Origin: an uncultured delta proteobacterium
GTDB taxonomy: Bacteria > Myxococcota_A > Polyangia > Fen-1088
DNA length: 64,000 bases
Direction of reading: 5' to 3'
Assembly (NCBI GenBank): GCA_963737265.1
Contig: CAVTRY010000013.1
Location: 230,933-294,932, forward strand
The notes below the pieces were generated by a model. It ran no database searches. It worked only from the letters and a program-made list of their open reading frames with translations, and was not told the origin of the DNA. Of the stretch, positions 10,050-19,863 are shown piece by piece. Numbering within the stretch: position 1 is the stretch's first letter; each line of letters begins with the position of its first letter. The translations under genes and the position numbers were made by a program.

Positions 10050-10112
10050 CGTCACGGGGGGCGACATTTTCACTGAACCGTTGAGGGGTGACATTTTCAC
10101 TGACCTAAGACA
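10050..10112. mobile_element. solo right end of an IS21-family-like element
   Basis: There are two direct repeats, GGGG(C/T)GACATTTTCACTGA, ending in ..AAGACA. This is the same architecture as the right end of the intact IS21-family element at 13590-13651. No transposase genes are attached. Confidence 0.5.
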
Positions 10113-10168
10113 CGAAGGTGGCGAGAGGTTGACCTGAGATCCGGCGCGGGCCATCATGGCCTGGCCAC

Positions 10169-10630
10169 ATGCTGGATCTCTACGACGAGTTCGCGGCCCT
10201 TATCGGCGCGCTGGAAGCAGCGGGGGCCGAGTACGCCGTGTGTGGCGGACTGGCCATGGCCATCCATGGTCTCCCCAGGGCAACCATCGACGTCGATCTC
10301 GTCGTTCCGCCGAACGCCGCCGAGCGTGTGCTCGCCTGCGCGCGCGACCTCGACTATTCGATTCCCGCAGACCCCATGAGCTTGGCCGGTGGGGCAGTCG
10401 AGATCAGACGCGTGACGAAGATCGATGCGGCTTCCGGCGACCTGCTCAGTCTGGACCTGCTTCTCGTGACCCCGGCCATTGAGCGCATCTGGAGGCAAAG
10501 AACGCGTGTTCGCTGGGAGCGGGGCGAGCTGTGGGTGGTTTCGCGCCAGGGCCTGGTAAGCCTCAAGCGCCTGCGCGGTTCGGGTCAGGACCAGGACGAC
10601 ATCAAACGCCTCGAAGGAGACGGAGAATGA
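10169..10630 (+). CDS. nucleotidyltransferase-fold protein (AbiEii/DUF6036-like)
   Basis: The 153-aa product contains YAVCGGLAMAIHGLPRATIDVDLVV, the G-G...D-x-D minimal NTase motif. Confidence 0.6.
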   Translation: MLDLYDEFAALIGALEAAGAEYAVCGGLAMAIHGLPRATIDVDLVVPPNAAERVLACARDLDYSIPADPMSLAGGAVEIRRVTKIDAASGDLLSLDLLLVTPAIERIWRQRTRVRWERGELWVVSRQGLVSLKRLRGSGQDQDDIKRLEGDGE

Positions 10631-10764
10631 AGGTCGACATGTCGCCTTCTGCCGTCACCGCTCGCCTTAGACGAGTTTCCCAACTCCGCCGTCTCTGCCT
10701 TGCTCTTGGAAAAGCTACGGTTGTGGTCGCTCCGCCCGCGGTGACGCCTCCGACGGGTCAGTAG
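10627..10764 (+). CDS. small hypothetical protein, translationally coupled to the upstream NTase gene
   Basis: The ATG at 10627 overlaps the upstream stop (ATGA). The 45-aa product reads MKVDMSPSAVTARLRRVSQLRRLCLALGK... Confidence 0.35.
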   Translation: MKVDMSPSAVTARLRRVSQLRRLCLALGKATVVVAPPAVTPPTGQ

Positions 10765-11044
10765 GCGCAGCCAGGCACCTACTGTGCTCCAGCGTCGTTC
10801 CGCGGCGGCATCGGGAAATAGGTGTTGGTGCGAATGAGACTGCCATCGGTATGAATCGGAACGCTCGGCAGGCGCCCGTGTACTTTGGTGCGAATGAAGG
10901 GCGGCGGGCAACGCTCCTGACCCAGCTCGCCCGACCTCATCACATGGCGATAAGCGACACCGCTGGGTGACCTTTGGCGGAAAAGAAGGGTAAGCGGCCA
11001 ACCCTCCTGACCCACCAGGACTTCGCGCTTGACACGTGCGGCTT

Positions 11045-11158
11045 CCCCAATAACAATCCGACTCGCTGATCAGTTCGGCAGCGATGACCTTGAGCTTGGC
11101 GTCGCCCATGGCCTGCACGGCGCTGTTGTTGGCAGCCAGGGCGTCGTAGAAGGCGACC
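11045..11158 (-). pseudogene. hsdR: type I restriction enzyme R subunit, 3' fragment (left of the IS21 insertion)
   Basis: The translation FYDALAANNSAVQAMGDAKLKVIAAELI continues the LGLTDDEVA found right of the IS. Similarity is lost after about 11060, so the 3' end is deleted. Confidence 0.7.
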
Positions 11159-11270
11159 TGCTGAGCGACAATTACATCTCCCCAAAGACGACAGCTACGT
11201 CGCCCCGCTTTGAGGCGCGACGGTGACCGTGAGGTAGACCTCCAAGCCCGCAAGCGGGCAGGAGGCACCT

Positions 11271-12770
11271 TTGAAGCCGGTCACCGACGCCCAAGTGAGG
11301 CGTTTGATGGAAGAGATGAGCAAGATTGGAAAAGTAGGCCAGGCCGCCATGAAGGCGGGCATGGACCGGAAGACAGGGCGGCGATACATCGCCGCGGGCA
11401 AGCTACCGTCGGAGCTACGGCAGCCGCGGTGGTGGCGGACGCGCCCTGACGCGTTCGCCGAGGACTGGCCAGCCGTGGCCAAGTTGCTGGAGGAAACGCC
11501 TGGGCTGGAGGCTCAGACGGTGCTGGAGCTGCTGGAGGCGAAGCAGCCAGGGCGGTACAACGAGAGCCATCTTCGGACAATGCAGCGGCGAATCCGTCGC
11601 TGGCGGGCCGAGCATGGTCCTGCGCGTGAGATTTGGTTCACGCAGGCGCATCGGCCCGGTGAAGCCGCGCAAACCGACTTCACGTCGACGGCGGAGCTTG
11701 GTGTGACGATCGTGGGCCAGCTATTTGTGCACCTTTTGTGCGTGACGGTGCTGCCGTACTCGAACTGGCAATGGGCGACCGCGTGTCTGTCGGAGTCTCT
11801 GGCAGCGCTTCGGCGAGGGATCCAGTCGGCGCTGTTCCAGCTTGGGCGGGTGCCGCGATACCACCAAACCGACCACTCGACGGCGGCGACACATCAGATC
11901 GCTCGCGATGCGGAAGATCGCACTTTCAACGATGAATACAAGGCGGTCATGCGGCACCTCGGAATGGAGGCACGAACTACAGCCGTCGGGGCCAAGGAAC
12001 AAAACGGCGATGTGGAGGCCAGCAACGGCGCGCTCAAGCGTCGGCTTGAACAAGCGTTGCTGGTGCGTGGCAGCCGCGACTTCGCGGACCAAGACGACTA
12101 CGAACGCTTCGTAGCCAAGGTGGTCCGCAAAGCCAACGCTTCGCGAGGCCCGCGCGTCGCCGAGGAGATCGAAGCCATGCGGCCGCTGGTGGTGGAGCGT
12201 TTGCCGGAGTACGCAGAAATGACGGCACCTGTGGCGTCGACGAGCACCATCCGGGTCAAGTCGTGCGCCTACTCGGTGCCGTCGAGGCTGATCGGCGCAC
12301 GGGTGAGAGTCCGCGTGTTCGAGCACCGAATCGAGGTGTACTACGCCGACAACTTGGAATTGGCCTGCGACAGGCTGCGAGGCAAGACCGCGCGCATCGA
12401 CTACCGGCACGTCATCTGGTCTTTGGTGCGCAAGCCGGGCGCGTTTTCTCGCTACGTCTACCGAGAAGAGCTGTTTCCAAGCGTGACTTTCAGGCGGGCA
12501 TACGACGCGATCCAGGCGACCAAGCCTGGAATCAAAGGCGACGTTGAATACCTGCGCATTCTTCACCTGGCCGCCAGCACGATGGAAGCCGATGTCGAGC
12601 AAGCGCTCACGACTCTGCTTGCCGATGGGACCATCTTGACGGCGGATGCAACCAAGAAGAGATGCACACAGGCGACGGACAGTACCTATCCACCGAGCGT
12701 CCCCGCGCTCGAAGCACCGCTGGTCGATCTCGCGTCCTACGACCTGCTCCTCGAACAGGTGGCATCATGA
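11271..12770 (+). CDS. istA: IS21-family transposase IstA
   Basis: 499 aa with an N-terminal HTH, a DDE integrase core and a TTG start. Its stop overlaps the istB ATG. Confidence 0.9.
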   Translation: MKPVTDAQVRRLMEEMSKIGKVGQAAMKAGMDRKTGRRYIAAGKLPSELRQPRWWRTRPDAFAEDWPAVAKLLEETPGLEAQTVLELLEAKQPGRYNESHLRTMQRRIRRWRAEHGPAREIWFTQAHRPGEAAQTDFTSTAELGVTIVGQLFVHLLCVTVLPYSNWQWATACLSESLAALRRGIQSALFQLGRVPRYHQTDHSTAATHQIARDAEDRTFNDEYKAVMRHLGMEARTTAVGAKEQNGDVEASNGALKRRLEQALLVRGSRDFADQDDYERFVAKVVRKANASRGPRVAEEIEAMRPLVVERLPEYAEMTAPVASTSTIRVKSCAYSVPSRLIGARVRVRVFEHRIEVYYADNLELACDRLRGKTARIDYRHVIWSLVRKPGAFSRYVYREELFPSVTFRRAYDAIQATKPGIKGDVEYLRILHLAASTMEADVEQALTTLLADGTILTADATKKRCTQATDSTYPPSVPALEAPLVDLASYDLLLEQVAS

Positions 12771-13615
12771 CCAACGTCTCCGTAGACACGGTCAAGCCGA
12801 GCGCGCTCGACGCTCTGCTGGTGCTTCTGCGCGCGCTCAAGCTGCCTGCCTTCACCCGGCACGCCGAGGAGATCGCGATCAAGGCCAGCCGCGAGGGGTG
12901 GACCTTCAGCCAATACCTCCAGCACCTGGCCGAACTGGAAATCGAAGAGCGCCGAACCCGTCGCATCGATCGCGCGCTTCGCGATTCGGACCTTCCCACG
13001 GAGAAAACCCTGGCCACCCTGGAACGTGGTCGGCTGTCACCCAAGGTGATGAAGCAGATGGCGAGCCTGTGTGAGGGTGGCTTTGTCGAACGTGGGGAGA
13101 ACCTGCTCGTCTTCGGACTGCCCGGCCGAGGCAAAAGTCACGTTGTGGCTGCCATCGGCCACGAACTCATCCGGCGCGGCTACCGGGTCCTCTTCACGCC
13201 GACCTTCGCGCTTGTCCAGAGGCTGCTGGCCGCCAAGCGCGACCTTCGCCTGGAACGAGAACTGGCCGCGCTCAACATCTATCACGCCGTGATCCTCGAC
13301 GACATCGGCTACGTCCAGCAGAGCCGCGATGAAATGGAGGTCCTTTTCACCTTCCTGGCCGAGCGGTACGAACGCAAGAGCGTCCTCATCACCAGCAACC
13401 TGGTCTTCAGCGATTGGATCCGCATTTTCAAGGATCCCATGACCACCGCCGCCGCCATCGACCGACTGGTCCACCACGCGGTCATCCTTGAGATGACCGG
13501 CCCCAGCTACCGCAGCGAAGAAGCACGAAAGAGAGGCGTCACCACCCCAGCGACAACTACGACAACTACCGATCAACCAACGACAACTACCCCCGACAAC
13601 AATGGGGCGATGTAA
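12767..13615 (+). CDS. istB: IS21-family helper ATPase IstB
   Basis: Walker A GLPGRGKSH, Walker B VILDDIGY and the IstB-like AAA+ layout are present. Confidence 0.9.
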   Translation: MTNVSVDTVKPSALDALLVLLRALKLPAFTRHAEEIAIKASREGWTFSQYLQHLAELEIEERRTRRIDRALRDSDLPTEKTLATLERGRLSPKVMKQMASLCEGGFVERGENLLVFGLPGRGKSHVVAAIGHELIRRGYRVLFTPTFALVQRLLAAKRDLRLERELAALNIYHAVILDDIGYVQQSRDEMEVLFTFLAERYERKSVLITSNLVFSDWIRIFKDPMTTAAAIDRLVHHAVILEMTGPSYRSEEARKRGVTTPATTTTTTDQPTTTTPDNNGAM

Positions 13616-13651
13616 TTGACGTCACCGGGTGAATGTAGTTGACGTCCAGCA

Positions 13652-15060
13652 GCGACCTCGTCATCGGTCAGGCCCAGTTCTTCCCCGCGCTTGCCCGCGG
13701 CTTCCACTTCCTTCGCCAGCTTGATGAGCTCTTCGATGACCTCCTGGGTGGCGATGGCGCGGTTGTGGTAGGCGTTCAGAGCCTTCTTGAGCTTCTCGGA
13801 GAACAGCTCGGACTGCACCAGGTCGCGCTTGGCGCGGACCTTGATCTCATCTTTGAGCAGTTTCGCCAGTAGCTCGGCGGCGACGTTCTTGTGTTTGAGG
13901 CCGCGCACCTCGGCGAGAAACTGATCGGACAGGATGCTGATGTCGGGCTTCTGCAAGCCAGCCGCGGTGAAGACGTCGATGACTTGACCATCGGTCGTAA
14001 TCGCCATGGACACGAGCTGGCGGATGGCGGCGTCGATTTGCTCGGGCGACTTGGCGCTGGTACCACTCTTCTTGTTCAGTGCCGATTGAATGGCCTGGAA
14101 AAAGGCAATGTCATCGTGAATCTCCTCGGCTTCATCGCTGGCCGAGCACAGGGCGAAGGCGCGAGACAGCTCGGTCACCACCTGCACGAAGCGTTGCTTG
14201 CCATCTTCCTGCGAGAGGATGCGCTCCTGGCCGGCCGGGAGAAGCGCCAGCTTCTCGGCTGGCTTGCCGGCGGTCCATTTGTCCCAATCCAGCCCGTGCA
14301 GCATATCGCTGGCGATGCCGTGCTTCTCGAGCATGACGGCAATGGCCTGCTTCGGATCGTGGGCGGCCTCACCCTTGCCGCCGCTTTCCGTGTAGGTCGC
14401 CAGCGCGTGCTTCAGCTGGTCGGCCAGGCCAAGGTAGTCGACCACCAGTCCGCCCGGCTTGTCGCGGAAGACGCGGTTCACGCGCGCGATGGCCTGCATC
14501 AGGCCGTGTCCGCGCATCGGCTTGTCGGCTTACATCGTGTGCAGACAAGGGGCATCGAAACCGGTCAGCCACATGTCGCGCACGATGACGATGCGGAACG
14601 GATCCTTGCTGTCTTTGAAACGGACCGCCAGCTTGCGCCGCCGATCTTTATTGCGAATGTGCGGCTGCCATTCCGGCCCGTCGTCCGCGCTGCCGGTCAT
14701 GATCACCTTGACTACGCAGGCTTTACCCTTGTCGGCCTCGGCGTCGTCCGACCCTGCCCAGTCCGGCCGCAACTTGATCAGCGCCTCGTGCATGGCCACG
14801 CAGATGCGGCGGCTCATGCAGACGATCATGGCCTTGCCGTTCATCGCCTCCACGCGCTTGCCGAAGTGGGCCACCAAGTCGGCGGCGACAACCTTCAAGC
14901 GCTTTGGGTCACCCACCAGCGCCTCCAGTGCGGCCCACTTGCTCTTCAGCTTCTCGCGATTCGACTGCTCCTCGCCTTCGGTGATTTCGTCGAACTCCTC
15001 GTCCAGCTTGGGCAGCTCGGCGTTGTTCAACGAAAGCTTGGCTGCCAGGGCTTCGATGAA
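13652..15060 (-). pseudogene. hsdR: type I restriction enzyme R subunit, central/C-terminal fragments (5' truncated, in-frame TAA, IS-interrupted)
   Basis: [25 protein letters not shown]...[15 protein letters not shown], then TAA (14530-14532), then ADKPMRGHGLMQAIARVNRVFRDKPGGLVVDY...LGLTDDEVA. The helicase motif V-VI region is present. The nuclease and DEAD domains are missing. Confidence 0.85.
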
Positions 15061-15117
15061 TCCCTCGGGCTGCGACCAACGCGTGACGGCGGAAAGGTCC
15101 TTCAGAAGGTTGAAGTC

Positions 15118-15537
15118 CTATTCACTCCAGACGTCCATGGTGTCGTCGAACAGCGAGACGAACTGCAAGCCTTCGGGGCCAATCGCAAGAACGTTGAGAT
15201 CGTACCAAGCGGCCAGCACATGCTCGGTGACGTTCTTCGCCGCCGCCCTGCTGCCCGTGCTGAGGACGCAGACCAGCGAGCTACGTTTCGGCGTGCGCGT
15301 GTGGAAATCGGGTCGCCAGGTTCTCCCCGAGCGCCCGACCAATGGCTGGCTGCGTTCGAAGCCTACGCCCTTTTCCGATAGGAAGACCTCCACCTCGTCG
15401 GTGACACTTTCCACGGATCGCGTTCGCATGGTGAACCACACGTCGGCCGCACGAAGGCATGCCTGCGCGGCACGCATGACGACCGCCGCGATGTTGTCCC
15501 CTCGTTTCACCCGCGCGACCAGGTAGGCGTAGCTCAT
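15118..15537 (-). CDS. hypothetical 139-aa protein between the hsdS and hsdR remnants
   Basis: The ORF MSYAYLVARVKRG...DTMDVWSE ends in TAG (15118-15120). That TAG is in frame with the downstream hsdR remnant. No family recognised. Confidence 0.4.
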   Translation of the reverse strand: MSYAYLVARVKRGDNIAAVVMRAAQACLRAADVWFTMRTRSVESVTDEVEVFLSEKGVGFERSQPLVGRSGRTWRPDFHTRTPKRSSLVCVLSTGSRAAAKNVTEHVLAAWYDLNVLAIGPEGLQFVSLFDDTMDVWSE

Positions 15538-15589
15538 TTCCGATTCTATGTTGGGTGGCGATAGGGCCTTGCATCGATGCCATAGGTGT

Positions 15590-15694
15590 CTACGTCATTC
15601 TGGCCCCGATTTCAACGCTCAACTCCCCGCTTAGCAGCTTGGGCAGCAAGGTGTCGCGTACGGTAGCGAGGGTGCGGGACTGGATGCTCGATCC
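15590..15694 (-). pseudogene. hsdS: type I R-M specificity subunit, extreme C-terminal remnant
   Basis: The frame reads SSIQSRTLATVRDTLLPKLLSGELSVEIGARMT*. LxxLRDTLLPKL(I/L)SGEL is the conserved HsdS C-terminal helix. It overlaps the 3' end of the NTase ORF in another frame. Confidence 0.5.
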
Positions 15695-16007
15695 TTATTC
15701 GACACTTCCCCCTCCTGAAGAACGACATATTTTTCACGGATGATTTCGCGAAAGCGTTCGGGGACTTCGTCCCAGACATGCAGGTCCACAAGGAAGGGGA
15801 TATTGCTTTCGGCGATTGCTTCTTTGAGCTGCGAAACAACCGAACGCTGTTCGGGGGTGGTGAATGCGACCAGATCGAGATCGGAATTGGTGCGGGCGGT
15901 CCCCTTCACGCGCGAGCCATAGGCCCAGACCGCGACGGTGGGGATTAACTGGCGCAAGAACGCGAGAAGCGCGTCTCTTTGCTCGGCGGTGATGTCGATC
16001 GCGCTGG

Positions 16008-16011
<4 letters not shown>
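15631..16011 (-). CDS. MntA-like minimal nucleotidyltransferase (antitoxin-type NTase domain)
   Basis: VWAYGSRVKGTARTNSDLDLVAF carries the GS...DxD motif. The tail after ..KYVVLQEG reads through hsdS-derived DNA. There is no HEPN partner downstream. Confidence 0.8.
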
Positions 16012-16388
<377 letters not shown>

Positions 16389-16427
16389 GGTTCAGCTCTA
16401 GGGTTCGGTGAGCACGGAGATGCATCG

Positions 16428-16862
16428 GTGGCGGCATTGTATCACCAGGGAGATGACCTTGGTGGTCTCCCTGGGAATGCGCCCGGGCTGGCGCGCTTTG
16501 GCCGCCTGACCGTCACCGCCGTTACCGTCTTCGAGCGGTTGCGCGGATATCGCGCTGCTATTCACGCTGGCAAGCCCTTCGAAAGCCAGCTGCATGCCTT
16601 CGAGGCCCTGGTCGGCAACAGCATCGTTCTTCCGTTCGACGAGGAGGCGGCCAGCGTCGCGGCCGAGATCTGGGCCAAGGCTTCGCGTCCACAACGACGG
16701 CAGGTGGGCGATATCCTCATCGCGGCCATCGCGGTGTCGCGCCAGATGCCCCTCGTGACGAGAAACCGAAAGGACTTCGAAGGACTTGCCAAGATCTCGG
16801 GCGTAGGCCTTCGCCTCTTGGACTGGTCTGCCCCATGGACGCACGCGCGAACAGTCCGCTAG
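16428..16862 (+). pseudogene. PIN-domain (VapC-like) gene with a degenerate N-terminus and no adjacent antitoxin
   Basis: LTVTAVTVFERLRG...IVLPFDEEAASVAAEIWA...GDILIAAIAVSRQMPLVTRNRKDF is PIN-like. The first acidic LDTN-type motif is not recognisable, and the upstream DNA is the hsdM remnant. Confidence 0.55.
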
Positions 16863-16952
16863 CAGCCCGTGGTGAAAGTCGGATCGACGTTGGACAAGCC
16901 AAGAGTTATCGACAACTTGCCGAATCGGCGCTAGGGTTGTACCAACGCCGGG

Positions 16953-19361
16953 ATGAGTTTGTCCTCAGCAACCCCCCCAGCCGAGGTATGTCTCATGGCA
17001 GTAACCGTCATGTTAGGTGACCCGGGAAAGCATCTCGAATGTTGTGATCGCGGACTGTTATTGGGATGCGTGATGCTCCTCTTGACGGCACCAGCCTGCA
17101 GCTCTCCCAAAATCGTCGGCAATGGCGCAGCTGGAGGTCAGGGCGGAGGCGGCGGTGGGGTGGGTGGCAGTCCCGCCGGAGGCGGCGGCACGGGGGTCGT
17201 CATTACCATTTCCACCGGCGGAGACGCTGGCACCGGTTCAACCGACATCAAGAAATGCGGCGACGGCGTCCTCGACCTGGGCGAGGGATGCGACGATGGC
17301 GTCGCACCTATAAAGAAGATCAGGAGCGCCGACAATCCCAATCCCATCGATGATGGCTGCAATGCACTTTGCCAGGTTGAGTCGGGTTGGGCGTGTCCAA
17401 CCGCGGGACAGCCTTGCATCGACCAAAGGGTGTGTGGTAACGGCGTTCTGACTCCCAACAAGGAATGTGACGACGGAAACACGGTGAGCGGCGACGGCTG
17501 CTCGTCGACCTGCCAGTCCGAGGCGGGTTACCGGTGCCGGCTTCCCGGAAAGCCGTGCAGCATCCTATGCGGGGACGGCATCATCAAGGCACCCGAGCAA
17601 TGCGATGATGGTAACACCGTCGGCGGTGACGGCTGTTCTTCGGGTTGCAAAGTAGAGGCTGGCTTTCAGTGCAGCGGTACCCCTAGCGTATGCAAGCCAA
17701 CCGTTTGCGGCGACGGCATCGTCGAGGGCTCCGAGGGATGTGACCTTGGTCAAGGCAAGAACCTACCCGGCAGTGGCTGCTCGCCAACCTGCCACCTCGA
17801 GCCGAACTGCAGTGCGGCCTCGGGCCAGTGCACCTCGACGTGCGGAGATGGACTCGTTGTCAACGAAGGATGCGACGATGGCAACACGGTGAGTGGCGAC
17901 GGTTGCTCATCGAGTTGCAAGGTCGAACCCGGCTTCCAGTGCAGCCAGCCCGATGCCAATTCTCCGACCATGACCGTGCCGGTCACCTACCACGACTTTC
18001 TCGTGGGCGGCGATTTCCACCCGGCCGACGTCCAAGGCTCCAACCTTGCCGTTGTCGGCCTCGTTAACGACACTCTCGACAACGAAGGCAAACCGGTGTT
18101 TGCCGGTGCGCCAGGCGACGGCCACATCACGAGTGCGGACAGCTTCCACCAATGGTACAGGGACGTGGCGAAGGTCAACACGCCCTACGTATCGACCATC
18201 CTGCTGCACAACAACGGCAATGGCGCCTACGTGAACTGGTGGAAGGACAATCAACAGTGGATCGAGCAACTCAACCCTCGGTGGTGCTCCGATGCGACCT
18301 GCGCCACTTGCAACCCTCCGGCCTACGTGGCGGGCCCGACGACCGCGTGCTTGGCCCAATGCACGCCGTGGGGGATAGGCAGCACCAATCCCTGCGCGGT
18401 CGACCTCCAGATGGTCGATGGAAACCCGCTCTTCTTCCCCCTCGACAATATCCCGGGCATGATCACGCCGACCACCGCGTACGCGCCCGGCCAGGTTCCA
18501 CCCCTGTACAGCGGCGGCGGCTGGACCTGGGAGGCGGGCGGCGCCGCTGCCCCCCAGCACAACTTCAGTTTCACCAGCGAGGTACGCTATTGGTTCAGCT
18601 ATCAGACAAACAAGAAATATGTCCTCGATTTCGCGGGTGACGACGATGTTTGGGTCTTCGTCAATCGCAAGCTGGCGGTAGACCTGGGAGGCATCCACAC
18701 CCCTGTCGCGGGGCACTTGGCGTTCAATGCGACCGGAGGCGGGACTGTTGCCATTACCCCGACCGAGGGTGCCGCCTGCAAAACGCAGGGCGCCGTGGCA
18801 ACCTGCACCACTTCCCCGCCGACGACGGCGAATTTCGGCATGGTGAACAACGGCGTCTACGAGATCGTCGTGTTCCAGGCGGAACGATGCTGGAACGGAT
18901 CGACGTACAAACTCACGCTGAGCGGCTTCAATGATGCTCCAAGCAGTTGTGTGCCGACGTGTGGCGATGGCATCGCGGTGGCCAGTGAGGAATGCGACTG
19001 CGGTGACGGAACCGTGCCTGTCCCGGCAGGCTGCCCAGGTCCGAACAGCGACAGCGCGTATGGTGGCTGCACGACAAAGTGCACGTGGGGTCCATTCTGT
19101 GGAGATGGCGTGGTCAATGGTTCAGAGGAGTGCGATCTCGGCAAGGAGAATGGCACGGACGTGAGTCCAGCGGGATGCTCCTTCCAATGCACGAAGCCTC
19201 ATTATTGTGGCGATGGCGTTCTCGATACGGATCTGGGCGAGCAGTGCGATATGGGCTCCCTCAATGGACAGACATTGGACGCCAGTGGGAGCCCAACGAC
19301 CGATCCTAGCGGCCAGGTATGGTGCAGTAGTGCCTGCGAGATTGTGATGGTACCGTTCTAG
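16953..19361 (+). CDS. secreted fibro-slime-domain protein flanked by myxobacterial Cys-rich (DUF4215-type) repeats
   Basis: Lipoprotein-like LLLTAPACSS. At least 8 repeats of CGDG..(E/Q)CDDGN..GDGCS..C. The central block VPVTYHDFLVGGDFHP...DDDVWVFVNRKLAVDLGGIH is PA14/fibro-slime-like. The true start may be the ATG at 17010. Confidence 0.85.
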   Translation: MSLSSATPPAEVCLMAVTVMLGDPGKHLECCDRGLLLGCVMLLLTAPACSSPKIVGNGAAGGQGGGGGGVGGSPAGGGGTGVVITISTGGDAGTGSTDIKKCGDGVLDLGEGCDDGVAPIKKIRSADNPNPIDDGCNALCQVESGWACPTAGQPCIDQRVCGNGVLTPNKECDDGNTVSGDGCSSTCQSEAGYRCRLPGKPCSILCGDGIIKAPEQCDDGNTVGGDGCSSGCKVEAGFQCSGTPSVCKPTVCGDGIVEGSEGCDLGQGKNLPGSGCSPTCHLEPNCSAASGQCTSTCGDGLVVNEGCDDGNTVSGDGCSSSCKVEPGFQCSQPDANSPTMTVPVTYHDFLVGGDFHPADVQGSNLAVVGLVNDTLDNEGKPVFAGAPGDGHITSADSFHQWYRDVAKVNTPYVSTILLHNNGNGAYVNWWKDNQQWIEQLNPRWCSDATCATCNPPAYVAGPTTACLAQCTPWGIGSTNPCAVDLQMVDGNPLFFPLDNIPGMITPTTAYAPGQVPPLYSGGGWTWEAGGAAAPQHNFSFTSEVRYWFSYQTNKKYVLDFAGDDDVWVFVNRKLAVDLGGIHTPVAGHLAFNATGGGTVAITPTEGAACKTQGAVATCTTSPPTTANFGMVNNGVYEIVVFQAERCWNGSTYKLTLSGFNDAPSSCVPTCGDGIAVASEECDCGDGTVPVPAGCPGPNSDSAYGGCTTKCTWGPFCGDGVVNGSEECDLGKENGTDVSPAGCSFQCTKPHYCGDGVLDTDLGEQCDMGSLNGQTLDASGSPTTDPSGQVWCSSACEIVMVPF

Positions 19362-19747
19362 GTGGCCAGGGTGGCGGCCTGCCCGGACGGGCGCAGCACC
19401 TGGCGGTGCACGAAGTCGTAGTTGACCAGGTACGCGTGATCGGCGTGGCACTCACGTCTCGCGTCCCAACCAACAGAGGTGCCGGCGCACTGTATCGCGC
19501 GTTCGACCTGTGGCACTGTAGCTGCGGCACATCCGCGCTCCTATTTCAGGCTACGGGAGAGTCTCCTTCTGGAACTGGGTCCAGGCCGTGTCGACGATCT
19601 TCGCCAACCTGTAGCTGCCACAGTGACTGCTGCTTGGAGCAGTGGTGTCCTTCCGGTAAGCGTGTATGACACGATGGTGCGAGGCCGGGTACCGTGGGCG
19701 GCATGGACACGGAGCGGATCGAGAAAGGCGAAACACCTCAGACGGCT

Positions 19748-19803
19748 TTGCCCAACAATTGCGGTCTGCCCAGCAATTCGGACGGCTGCCCAATAATTCG
19801 CGG
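19748..19803 (+). repeat. three tandem copies of CTGCCCA(A/G)(C/T)AATT(C/G), period 18-20 bp
   Basis: The copies are ttgcccaacaattgcgg, ctgcccagcaattcgga and ctgcccaataattcgcgg. The same motif recurs at 21931-21965. Confidence 0.8.
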
Positions 19804-19863
19804 CGCGGCGTGAAAACCACGCTATTTTGACGCGCACACCTGGGAGCCGTCTAATCGCGAGCG

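Larger units (their letters stand above)
11159..13651 (+). mobile_element. IS21-family insertion sequence, apparently intact (2493 bp)
   Basis: Imperfect IRs: TGCTGAGCGACAATTACAT, and TGCTGGACGTCAACTACAT as the reverse complement of the right end. Each end has two subterminal direct repeats. A 6-bp target duplication GCGACC lies at 11153-11158 and 13652-13657. It carries overlapping istA and istB. Confidence 0.9.

Noticed and set aside
10779-11015. 78-aa minus-strand ORF, with two roughly 88-bp-spaced imperfect direct repeats (TTTGG.G.GAA.AAGGG...CTCCTGACCCA)
   Set aside because: No family signature and no convincing start context. It is probably non-coding debris between the NTase module and the hsdR 3' deletion point. 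The repeats are too degenerate to classify.
19365-19540. Minus-strand open frame ..SVGWDARRECHADHAYLVNYDFVHRQVLRPSGQAATLAT*, convergent with the fibro-slime gene. It was considered as an integrase remnant for the adjacent islet.
   Set aside because: No tyrosine- or serine-recombinase motifs (R..H..R..Y) are identifiable, and there is no start codon.
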